From: an uncultured bacterium
GTDB lineage: Bacteria > Patescibacteriota > Minisyncoccia > UBA6257 > GWB1-50-10
Assembly (NCBI GenBank): GCA_903827975.1
Contig: CAIKKG010000001.1
Location: 26,175 to 90,174, forward strand
Direction: 5' to 3'
Length of the DNA stretch: 64,000 bases
Shown: positions 40,728-49,227 of the stretch, one piece after another
Numbering within the stretch: position 1 is the stretch's first letter
Layout of the letters: each line of letters starts with the position of its first letter
The notes under the pieces: model-generated
Seen by the model: only the letters and a program-made list of their open reading frames with translations
What the model was told of the DNA's origin: nothing
Database searches by the model: none
Made by a program: the position numbers and the translations under genes

Positions 40728-41153
40728 ATGGCGAAACCGATAAAAACAGTATTAAAACTCCAGATTGAGGCGGGAAAGGCAAATCCAGCGCCTCCGATCG
40801 GACCTGCACTTGGTCAGCATGGTGTAAATATCCAGCAGTTCTGTCAGCAGTTTAATGCTGCAACGCAGGAGATGGTTGGGGATATCATTCCAGCTGAGAT
40901 AACCATTTACGAGGACCGCACATTTGATTTCAAATTGAAGACATCTCCTTCCTCAGCTCTTTTGAGAAAGGCTGCGGGAATTGCAAAGGGTTCAGCAACA
41001 CCACAATCAGTTAAGGTTGGTAAGGTGACGCGAGCACAGCTCCGCGATATCGCAGAGAAGAAGATGATTGATCTGAATGCGAATGATGTTGAGGCTGCGA
41101 TGAAAATCATCGAAGGCAGCGCTCGTAATATGGGAATTGAAATAGTAGACTAA
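40728..41153 (+). CDS. rplK: 50S ribosomal protein L11
   Basis: [18 protein letters not shown]. Confidence 0.97.
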   Translation: MAKPIKTVLKLQIEAGKANPAPPIGPALGQHGVNIQQFCQQFNAATQEMVGDIIPAEITIYEDRTFDFKLKTSPSSALLRKAAGIAKGSATPQSVKVGKVTRAQLRDIAEKKMIDLNANDVEAAMKIIEGSARNMGIEIVD

Positions 41154-41154
41154 G

Positions 41155-41180
41155 AAAAAGACCCGAAAGGGTCTTTTTTT
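41155..41180 (+). terminator. Intrinsic terminator after rplK
   Basis: AAAAAGACCC-GAAA-GGGTCTTTTTTT. Confidence 0.85.
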
Positions 41181-41243
41181 AATTTACGTATTCTTATTTT
41201 TAAATATATATATGTTAAACTAAATTAAATAACCTCAATCAAC

Positions 41244-43319
41244 ATGAACTCAAGAAGCAAAGCAGGATTCACATTGGTTGAACTCCTTATTGTAATCGCA
41301 ATTCTCGCAATACTTTCGGTCGCGGCAATCTTAGTTATAAACCCAGCACAACTCCTAAAGCAGGGAAGAGATGCCACTCGTCTATCTGATATGGCTGCTC
41401 TTAACTCAGCTCTCGCGCTTTACAATACTGACGCAGCTAACGGTTTCATGGGAACTTCAACGTATATTTATGTTTCAATTCCTGACTCCAGTCCAACGTG
41501 TGCAAATCTCGGTCTACCAACACTTCCAAGTGGTCAGTACAGTTGTGTTGCCTCCTCAACTCTCAGAAAGACTGATGGCACGGGATGGGTTCCTGTGAAT
41601 TTCAGTAGTCTAACATTTGGAAATCCATTACCGAATCTCCCTATCGATCCAATTAACGCAACTTCAACTGGAACATACTACACATACGCAGGAGGAAGCT
41701 GGGCCCTTTCTGCTGTTATGGAATCCACCAAGCAGGCCGTTGTAATGGCATCTGACGGAGGACGAAGTGCATACGCATATGAGGTTGGCTCTAATCTTAC
41801 GCTTACTCCAACATCAACACTTAGAAGGGCGATGCCAGTTGTTGCTCTTACAATAAACGCACCAGCACTTACAACATCAAAGGTGTATGACGGAAACACA
41901 TCTGCTGTGGTTGCTGCTGGCACACTTTCCGGAGTTGCAAGTGGAGATGTGGTTACAGTGTCTGCAACTGCAACTTATAATTCAGCTACAATCGAAACAG
42001 GAAAAACAATCACGGTTGTATATACGCTCGGAGGAGCTGACGCCGCTCAATATTCAGCTCCAACAAATTATGTTGTAAATACGGGCGCAATTACAACCGT
42101 TCAGTTATCAATAGGTAATCCAACAATTACAACATCAAAGACATATGACAGGACTACGTCCGCCGGGGTTACTGCTAGCACGCTTTCTGGAGTTGCTAAC
42201 GGTAATACAGTTACGGTGTCCGCAACTGCAACGTATGATTCAGCATCTGTTGGCACAGGAAAAACAATAACCGTTGTATACACATTGGGAGGTGCAAATG
42301 CATCGAATTATACGGCTCCAACAAATTATGTTGTTAATACTGGAGTTGTTTCAGCCATAGAACTACAAATAGGTAGCCCAACGGTCACAACATCAAAGAC
42401 ATATGATGGCACAAAATCCGCTGCGGTCACTGCTGGTTCACTCACGGGAGTTATTAGTGGTGACACGGTTACAGTATCCGCAACCGCAACATATGATTCA
42501 GCATCTGTTGGAACTGGAAAAACAATAACCGTTGAATATACATTGAGCGGAGCGAGTTCTGGAAATTATTCAGCTCCAGGAAATTATATTTTGAATACTG
42601 GAATAATAGTTTCAAATATTGCTAACACAACTTGTAAGGCAATTTTGGATGCTGGTTCTTCTACTGGTAGCGGCGTCTATACAATAGATCCGAATGGAGG
42701 TTCGAATGCTGACGCATTTCAGGCGTATTGCGATATGACTACTGATGGCGGTGGATGGGCGCTTGTGGCATTACCAACTGATTCGTACAGCATTTTTAGT
42801 GAGCCAACGGGTCTTCTCGATCCTACGGCATCGCTTGGAGCAAGAAATTCAAATTATTGGAGCTCGGGTTCAACAAATACATTTACTCAGATTAGATTTA
42901 CTGACTCTTGGCCTTCTCGCTCGTATTATGATATCGCGACGTTTGGTTCAGCTGTATCAATGTCGAGTCTCATGACTTCCTACCCAACATATTCTCAGTA
43001 TCCAGTAGCAACAACAAATATATCATCAAGTATTGGGTCAACATGCTTCATAGTTAGGGGGAAGAGTTCCGCTGATATGCAATGGAGTGACGGAGCCGAT
43101 TGGTTATTTATGGGATTCCATTCTCTTTGTTCGGTGCCAATATCCAATACAGATGCTTGGGATGTGTACAGTTACTCCAATCAGTGGGTGGTAGGCGCGA
43201 GAGATAACAGTGGCGATCCACAAAGTAACCCAACGGCTGTCGGGCGCATGACGGGCGGTTGTCATTGGAACGCAAATTCCTGTCCAGCAACAAATAGAAC
43301 CATAATCTGGGTTAGATAA
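41244..43319 (+). CDS. Type IV pilin-like surface protein with three YDG-type repeats and a fibrinogen-like C-terminal domain
   Basis: G|FTLVELLIV, RDATRLSD pilin helix; 3 x (SKxYDG..) 86-aa repeats; TCKAIL..SGVYTIDP..AYCDMTTDGGGW. Confidence 0.85.
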   Translation: MNSRSKAGFTLVELLIVIAILAILSVAAILVINPAQLLKQGRDATRLSDMAALNSALALYNTDAANGFMGTSTYIYVSIPDSSPTCANLGLPTLPSGQYSCVASSTLRKTDGTGWVPVNFSSLTFGNPLPNLPIDPINATSTGTYYTYAGGSWALSAVMESTKQAVVMASDGGRSAYAYEVGSNLTLTPTSTLRRAMPVVALTINAPALTTSKVYDGNTSAVVAAGTLSGVASGDVVTVSATATYNSATIETGKTITVVYTLGGADAAQYSAPTNYVVNTGAITTVQLSIGNPTITTSKTYDRTTSAGVTASTLSGVANGNTVTVSATATYDSASVGTGKTITVVYTLGGANASNYTAPTNYVVNTGVVSAIELQIGSPTVTTSKTYDGTKSAAVTAGSLTGVISGDTVTVSATATYDSASVGTGKTITVEYTLSGASSGNYSAPGNYILNTGIIVSNIANTTCKAILDAGSSTGSGVYTIDPNGGSNADAFQAYCDMTTDGGGWALVALPTDSYSIFSEPTGLLDPTASLGARNSNYWSSGSTNTFTQIRFTDSWPSRSYYDIATFGSAVSMSSLMTSYPTYSQYPVATTNISSSIGSTCFIVRGKSSADMQWSDGADWLFMGFHSLCSVPISNTDAWDVYSYSNQWVVGARDNSGDPQSNPTAVGRMTGGCHWNANSCPATNRTIIWVR
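41871..42610 (+). repeat. Three intragenic tandem repeats with 258-bp period
   Basis: ACAACATCAAAG recurs at 41871, 42129 and 42387. Confidence 0.85.
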
Positions 43320-43362
43320 AATAATTTTAATTTTTTCTAATATAATTTTTCTACTAGTGTAT

Positions 43363-43387
43363 AAAAAAACGCCCGATGGGCGTTTTT
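43363..43387. terminator. Intrinsic terminator
   Basis: AAAAAAACGCCC-GAT-GGGCGTTTTT. Confidence 0.75.
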
Positions 43388-43449
43388 GACAAAGCTGGTG
43401 GTAAGCGTTATTTTTCTACAGGCACCTTAACATATATGGAGGATAGAAA

Positions 43450-43722
43450 GTGAATAAAATTGTTTTATCTGATTATGGCGATGCAACGCATCATAGCTTC
43501 GCAGACGATTATAAGCTAGTTGATAGAATAGGGAATCACAATAAATGTGGTGGTGAGATGTGCATCATTCCAATTCACACACGCAGGATAATCTTGTGTT
43601 ATAAATGTGGATGGATGAGTGACGTATTGCAAAGCAATGTAAAAACAATCGGGGCACTAAGAGATTATTTTTGGTGCTACAATAATAAAATAGGAGGAAC
43701 TGATGAGCAACAAGAAAAATAA
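43450..43722 (+). CDS. Small hypothetical protein, possible zinc ribbon
   Basis: GGAGG RBS, GTG start; HNKC..CYKC pattern; overlaps the tmk start. Confidence 0.6.
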   Translation: MNKIVLSDYGDATHHSFADDYKLVDRIGNHNKCGGEMCIIPIHTRRIILCYKCGWMSDVLQSNVKTIGALRDYFWCYNNKIGGTDEQQEK

Positions 43723-44509
43723 AAAAAGGGGGAAGTTCATTCTTTTAGAAGGAATTTCCGGTTGCGGAAAATCAACACTCGCAAAGCGCTTAGTTAGTTA
43801 TCTTGTGGAGCGCGGAGTAGAAGTGGTTCTCAATGCTGAGCCAACCAAAACGAGTTCGTTCGGCAAGACTGTTCGCGCTGTTATTGAGGGGAACGAGGTA
43901 TCTTCAGAAGATTTGTTGAAGCTAAAAACAGATACAATGTTTCTTGAGGTAATGTGCGGTAGCACCGTAGATATTAAGAAGTTCTGTGGAATTCTAGATC
44001 GCGTACCGAGAAAGTTATTAATTGGAAAAGAATTGACCGAGCTGGAACGTCAGGCATTATTTATTGCCGACAGATTCACTGACATTGTTGAGACCATAAT
44101 CCCAGCACTCGACGCGGGTAAGTGGGTTGTTCAGGACAGATATGATCTATCCAATTTTGCGTATGGTTCTGCGCACGGAGTCGCACTCGCAGAATTATCA
44201 AGATGGCATGATATTGTACTTGAAGATGAGTATATTATTCCTGACATAACATTTTTGATTGATATTGGACCAGCGGAGGCGGTAGAACGTCTTAAGAAGT
44301 CTGGTAAGCCAATAGACCTACACGAAGGGCTTGAGAGCCTTACGGCTATTCGTAACGAATATGACGTGGTTATAAAGGCCCAAGCCTCATTGGCCGACGA
44401 GGGCAAGGAGGCCCACAGCGTAGTCATTTTGGACGGAGATCAGCCAGTTCACGAGGTATTTGAAGACATGAAGGGTAAGCTTATTAAATATCATATTCTC
44501 AAAAAGTAA
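43703..44509 (+). CDS. tmk: Thymidylate kinase with internal insertion
   Basis: FILLEGISGCGKST P-loop, AEPT, LFIADR, VVQDRY..AYG, PDITFLID. Confidence 0.9.
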   Translation: MSNKKNKKRGKFILLEGISGCGKSTLAKRLVSYLVERGVEVVLNAEPTKTSSFGKTVRAVIEGNEVSSEDLLKLKTDTMFLEVMCGSTVDIKKFCGILDRVPRKLLIGKELTELERQALFIADRFTDIVETIIPALDAGKWVVQDRYDLSNFAYGSAHGVALAELSRWHDIVLEDEYIIPDITFLIDIGPAEAVERLKKSGKPIDLHEGLESLTAIRNEYDVVIKAQASLADEGKEAHSVVILDGDQPVHEVFEDMKGKLIKYHILKK

Positions 44510-44521
44510 TTAATTTATACC

Positions 44522-44547
44522 AGACCCCCGCTTATGCGGGGGTTTTT
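44522..44547 (+). terminator. Intrinsic terminator after tmk
   Basis: AGACCCCCGC-TTAT-GCGGGGGTTTTT. Confidence 0.75.
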
Positions 44548-44587
44548 GCGTTATGTTAATCCTCTGCTATTATTGAATAGAAATACT

Positions 44588-46024
44588 ATGTATATCCCCA
44601 CAATCGGACTCGAGATTCATATGATAGCAAAAACGCGCACCAAGATGTTTTGTGCGTGTCCAAATAGTTTTGACGAGAATAATCCAAACGCAAATACTTG
44701 CCCAGTCTGTCTAGCGCACCCAGGCGCACTACCCGTTGCAAACGAGGAGGCTGTTAAGGGTATAGTAAAACTCGGTCTTGCTCTAAACGGACAGATTGCA
44801 AAACGCTCTCACTTTGATAGGAAGAGTTACTTCTATCCCGATCTTCCAAAAGGATATCAGATTTCACAATTCGATAGTCCATTTGTTCAAGGCGGAAATC
44901 TAAAAGGTGTTCGAATTACTCGCGTACATCTTGAAGAAGATGCTGGAAGATCTCTTCACGAACTTCCGGGTGGTGTTAAAACAAAAGATAGCGCAACCTA
45001 CATTGATTACAATCGCGGTGGTTCTCCGCTTTTTGAGTTAGTAACTGAGCCCGATATCAAAACATCAGATCAGGCCGTTGTCTTTGCAAAAGAGTTACAA
45101 CTTATTTTACGTTATCTTGGATTGTCTGACGCCGATATGGAAAAGGGTCATATGCGCGTTGAGGCAAATATTTCAATAAGTAAAAAAGATGGCGAGCTCG
45201 GAACTAAGGTTGAGGTAAAAAATATCAATTCATTTAGGGCGGTGCACGATGCAATTGAATTTGAATTAAAGCGACAGGAAGAAGTTCTTGAGTCAGGAGG
45301 AAAAATTATTCAAGAGACTCGTGGATGGAATGATGTTAAACACATCACAGAAAGTCAGCGCTCAAAAGAATCAGCACATGATTATCGTTATTTCCCTGAA
45401 CCTGATTTGCCAGAGATAGATCTGAGTGATTGGGATCTGGACGCAATGCGAAAAGAGCTACCAGAGCTTCCAGAGGAAAAGCGCGTTCGTCTTGTTGCTT
45501 CATTTGGCCTTACATCAGAACAGGCTGAGTCTCTTGTTGAGGATAAACAACTTGCACAATTTTTTGAGGAGTCGGCTTCAGAACTTGCGGATAAAACAAA
45601 GCCAGCGAATTTTCAATTGTTGCTTAATTACATAACGAGCGATTTACGTGGACTTTTAAATACGCGCGGACTCGCACTTTCAGATACGAAAATAAACCCA
45701 GAACATTTTGCGCACCTAGTTGCACTTGTTTCTGACGAAACACTCTCAAGTAGACTCGCAAAAGATTTATTGGTGAATATGTCTGAAACAGGAGAGGATC
45801 CAGAGTCTCTTATGAATGCATCAGGTATACGCGTAATTGGAGGGGAGGATGAGCTTGGAACAATTGCAGATGAAATAATTGGTAAAAATCCGAAAGCTGT
45901 TGAGGATTTTAAAAAAGGAAAAGAAAATGCTCTTCAGTTTCTTGTTGGACAGGGAATGGCAAAAACAAAAGGCCAGGCAAGTCCTGATAAACTTCGGGAA
46001 GTATTCTCCAAAAAACTTAAGTAA
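44588..46024 (+). CDS. gatB: Asp/Glu-tRNA amidotransferase subunit B
   Basis: IGLEIH, FDRKSYFYPDLPKGYQISQ, YRYFPEPDL; start moved to ATG 44588. Confidence 0.96.
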   Translation: MYIPTIGLEIHMIAKTRTKMFCACPNSFDENNPNANTCPVCLAHPGALPVANEEAVKGIVKLGLALNGQIAKRSHFDRKSYFYPDLPKGYQISQFDSPFVQGGNLKGVRITRVHLEEDAGRSLHELPGGVKTKDSATYIDYNRGGSPLFELVTEPDIKTSDQAVVFAKELQLILRYLGLSDADMEKGHMRVEANISISKKDGELGTKVEVKNINSFRAVHDAIEFELKRQEEVLESGGKIIQETRGWNDVKHITESQRSKESAHDYRYFPEPDLPEIDLSDWDLDAMRKELPELPEEKRVRLVASFGLTSEQAESLVEDKQLAQFFEESASELADKTKPANFQLLLNYITSDLRGLLNTRGLALSDTKINPEHFAHLVALVSDETLSSRLAKDLLVNMSETGEDPESLMNASGIRVIGGEDELGTIADEIIGKNPKAVEDFKKGKENALQFLVGQGMAKTKGQASPDKLREVFSKKLK

Positions 46025-46056
46025 ATAAAAAAGCGCCCCATTTGGGGGCGCTGAAA

Positions 46057-46437
46057 TTAAACACGGTTCCTATTGCCGTGACCATCGGCCTCATAGATAT
46101 AGGCGAGGGTCGCGACAACCGAAACCGTCACGAAAACCAAGAGGAAGATTGCTCCGTGGAGCCCATAGAGATGACCAGTTGTCACCTCAAAGAACCCAAC
46201 GAAGCTTAAGAGAAAGGCGATAAAGGCCGATGCCCTCATCTTCTCGATCCCCACTTGGTATGAGACAACCAGTAGCAGGCCAATTATAATGCCTGCGTCT
46301 GGACTGTGCGTGATTTCACCAACCCCATTCCTGAGGTGGTGAAACATTGAGTATGTCAGGCCTATGGTGAGACCCATAAGCGGGCCAGCCCCGAGGGCCA
46401 GAACTATTCCGGCCAGCATCTGCCTTAAGTTACTCAT
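46057..46437 (-). CDS. Small hypothetical membrane protein (about 4 TM)
   Basis: Hydrophobic ORF, AAGGAG RBS, own TTGACA promoter near 46465-46493, shared terminator 46027-46052. Confidence 0.7.
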   Translation of the reverse strand: MSNLRQMLAGIVLALGAGPLMGLTIGLTYSMFHHLRNGVGEITHSPDAGIIIGLLLVVSYQVGIEKMRASAFIAFLLSFVGFFEVTTGHLYGLHGAIFLLVFVTVSVVATLAYIYEADGHGNRNRV

Positions 46438-46496
46438 AAATCTCCTTTGTGAATGAGCACTAACAATCTACAACAAAAAGAGTATAATGTCAATAA

Positions 46497-47390
46497 CTAT
46501 TTTAAAAATACTCTCGCAAGTTTTTCCGCTTCTGCGGACTTTGTAACCCAGTGAATTCGTATGTCAGGCTTAAACCAGGTAATCTGTCGCTTTGAGTAAT
46601 CAAGAATCTGCTTTGTAAGTTCATGTATAAAAGTCTCCTTATTAATCTTATTTTGTAATAAAAGAGCGGTATAGCGATATTCAAGGCCAAACGATTCAAG
46701 TTTTTTCCAAGATAAGCCACCGGCATGAAGCTTTTTTATTTCCGCGAGCATTCCAAGTTGAATTCTCTTCTCTAATCTTTTAATTACAAGATTTTTTAAT
46801 AATTCCTGCTTTTTAGAAATACCAATAAAGAGCGTTGGATATGGAAGTGGATTTTTTTTAATTTCAGGAACCCTACCAAGAGCATCTATAATTTCAAGTG
46901 CGCGAATAAGACGCCTTGGATTTTTAGAATCAATTGTTGAGGCTCTCCCAGGATCTTTTTCCTTGAGAATTTTAAATAATTCATCATTTGTTTTCTTCTC
47001 TAACTCCTTGCGAAGTTTTGCGTTTGGTTTAGCATCAGGAATAACTAGCCCGTCAACAAGCGCACGAATATAAAATCCTGTTCCTCCACAAACGATTGGT
47101 GTTTTTCCACGACGAACAATATCTTTAATGACTTTACCGCCGAGCCTTGCGTAGTGAGATGCTGTAAATGTGCGTTTTGGATCTGCAACGTCCAACATGT
47201 GGTGGGTGATACCATCCATTTCCTTTTTTGTAACCTTACCTGAGCCAAGATTAAATCCACGGTAAACCTGGCGAGAGTCTGCTGAGACAACCTCACCATT
47301 AAATTTTTTGGCAAGCAAAACCGCAAGCGAACTTTTACCACTTGCGGTCGGACCTACAACTACTATGAGTTTGGGAGTCAGTTCGTTCAC
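46497..47390 (-). CDS. miaA: tRNA dimethylallyltransferase
   Basis: GPTASGKS, SADSRQVY, GGTGFY, YSKRQITWF. Confidence 0.96.
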   Translation of the reverse strand: MNELTPKLIVVVGPTASGKSSLAVLLAKKFNGEVVSADSRQVYRGFNLGSGKVTKKEMDGITHHMLDVADPKRTFTASHYARLGGKVIKDIVRRGKTPIVCGGTGFYIRALVDGLVIPDAKPNAKLRKELEKKTNDELFKILKEKDPGRASTIDSKNPRRLIRALEIIDALGRVPEIKKNPLPYPTLFIGISKKQELLKNLVIKRLEKRIQLGMLAEIKKLHAGGLSWKKLESFGLEYRYTALLLQNKINKETFIHELTKQILDYSKRQITWFKPDIRIHWVTKSAEAEKLARVFLK

Positions 47391-49156
47391 AGAGCTTTTT
47401 CTTGTACTGCAATAACAATGTCCTCTACAAATGCATCTATTGATTTAACCTCACTCATCTTGTTGCCGTGCTTTCTTATGGAGACGGTTCTATCGGAAAC
47501 CTCCTTATCACCAATAACTATTGTAAGCGGAATTTTTCTAAGTTCGGCCTCACGTACGCGTTTCCCAAGCGTTTCATTTGCTGGAGAAAGTTCGGCGCGA
47601 ATTGATGCTTCTTTTAGTGTGCTCAATAATGCTTTTGCATATTCAGCATGAACATCATTTATTGGAACTATCATAACCTGAACTGGTGCAAGCCAGAAAG
47701 GAAATAGACCTGCGGTATGTTCAATTAGAATTGATAGGAAGCGCTCTATTGAGCCCATTACGGCCGCGTGAATCATCACAATGCCTTCTTTCTTACCCTC
47801 TTCATTTACACAGCTTAAATCAAACCTCTCAGGCATATTCATATCCAATTGGATAGTCGCAACCTGCCACTCTCGTCCAAGTGAATCCTTTGCAAGAAAA
47901 TCGAGCTTAGGTCCATAAAATGCAGCCTCACCAAGTCCGTCAATTGCATTAACCTTCTTCTCATCAGCGATTGATTTGAGCATTGACTCAGCCATTTTCC
48001 AGCGCTTTGAATCACCAAGATATTTTTCTGGGTGCTTTGGGTCGTGTCTTGAAAGACGAACATTAAGGTTGAATCCAAATTTCGGATAAAACTCATGTAT
48101 GATGTCCCAGATTTTCAAAAACTCTTCTCTTACCTGATCCATGCGACAGAAGACGTGTGCATCGTCCTGCGCAAATGCACGTACGCGCGAAAGACCGGAA
48201 AGCTCTCCAGACTGCTCATCTCTGTAGCACATCGTGGTGTTTGCGTATCGCTGAGGAAGTTCACGATAGCTCCACTGCTTACGCGCATAAATCTGAGTGT
48301 GGTGTGGGCAGTTCATCGGCTTCATTGCAAACTCATGTCCCTCACGAGTTCTTACGTGGAACAAATCATCTTTATATTTATCCCAGTGTCCGCTTTTTAT
48401 ATATAAATCCTTTTTCGTTATGTGAGGAATCTCTACGCGTTCGTAACCGTGTTTTTCGCGAAGCTCCCAAACAAAATCATCAAGAAGCATGCGAACCAAT
48501 GTTCCTCTTGGTGTCCAAAGGGGGAGTCCGCTACCAACAAGGTCAGAAAATGTAAAAAGATCCAACTGCGGTCCCAATATTTTGTGGTCACGTTTTTTTG
48601 CCTCCTCCTGCATGGTGACAAAATCATCAAGCTCTTTTTTAGTTTCAAAAGCCAACCCGTAAATGCGAGTTAACATTTTATTTTTCTCACTTCCTCTCCA
48701 GTATGCTCCGGCAAGTGTCGTGAGTTTAAATCCATCAGGATTTATTTCAGAAGTATTTTTTACGTGAGGTCCTGAGCAGAGGTCAAAAAATACTACTTTT
48801 TTAGCCTTTCCCTTACCGCTCGCTGTTTCAAATATAGAAATTGATGCTTTCTTCTTTTTAAGCTCTGCGATTAGTTCTTTCTTATAGGGCTCTTTCTTAA
48901 AAGAATTTGAAGCCTGAATAGGAGTTATTATCTTCTTACTAAATGATAGTTTCTCCCTTGCTAGTTCGCGTACGCGCTTCTCGAGCACCTTTACGTCAGC
49001 CTCTGAAATAGGTTCCTGAAATTCAAAGTCATAATAAAAGCCGTTTTCGATTACGGGACCTATGCCAAGCTTTGTTTTTGGGTATTTTTCCAAAACCGCG
49101 GCCGCCAAAAGGTGCGAGAGTGAGTGTCGCACATTGAACATTTTATCCGTTTTCAT
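47387..49156 (-). CDS. thrS: Threonine--tRNA ligase
   Basis: RHSLSHLLA, DLCSGPHV, KPMNCPHH, GSIERF. Confidence 0.97.
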   Translation of the reverse strand: MKTDKMFNVRHSLSHLLAAAVLEKYPKTKLGIGPVIENGFYYDFEFQEPISEADVKVLEKRVRELAREKLSFSKKIITPIQASNSFKKEPYKKELIAELKKKKASISIFETASGKGKAKKVVFFDLCSGPHVKNTSEINPDGFKLTTLAGAYWRGSEKNKMLTRIYGLAFETKKELDDFVTMQEEAKKRDHKILGPQLDLFTFSDLVGSGLPLWTPRGTLVRMLLDDFVWELREKHGYERVEIPHITKKDLYIKSGHWDKYKDDLFHVRTREGHEFAMKPMNCPHHTQIYARKQWSYRELPQRYANTTMCYRDEQSGELSGLSRVRAFAQDDAHVFCRMDQVREEFLKIWDIIHEFYPKFGFNLNVRLSRHDPKHPEKYLGDSKRWKMAESMLKSIADEKKVNAIDGLGEAAFYGPKLDFLAKDSLGREWQVATIQLDMNMPERFDLSCVNEEGKKEGIVMIHAAVMGSIERFLSILIEHTAGLFPFWLAPVQVMIVPINDVHAEYAKALLSTLKEASIRAELSPANETLGKRVREAELRKIPLTIVIGDKEVSDRTVSIRKHGNKMSEVKSIDAFVEDIVIAVQEKAL

Positions 49157-49227
49157 ACCAGTATATTATAAGGCAGATTTATAGGATTTGCGAGAAATTA
49201 AAATAAAGCACGTCAGGCGCAAGTAAT

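Noticed and set aside
42600-43400. Diversity-generating retroelement target in the pilin-adhesin C-terminus
   Set aside because: No reverse transcriptase and no template repeat differing at adenines is visible in this window; a remote DGR cannot be excluded.
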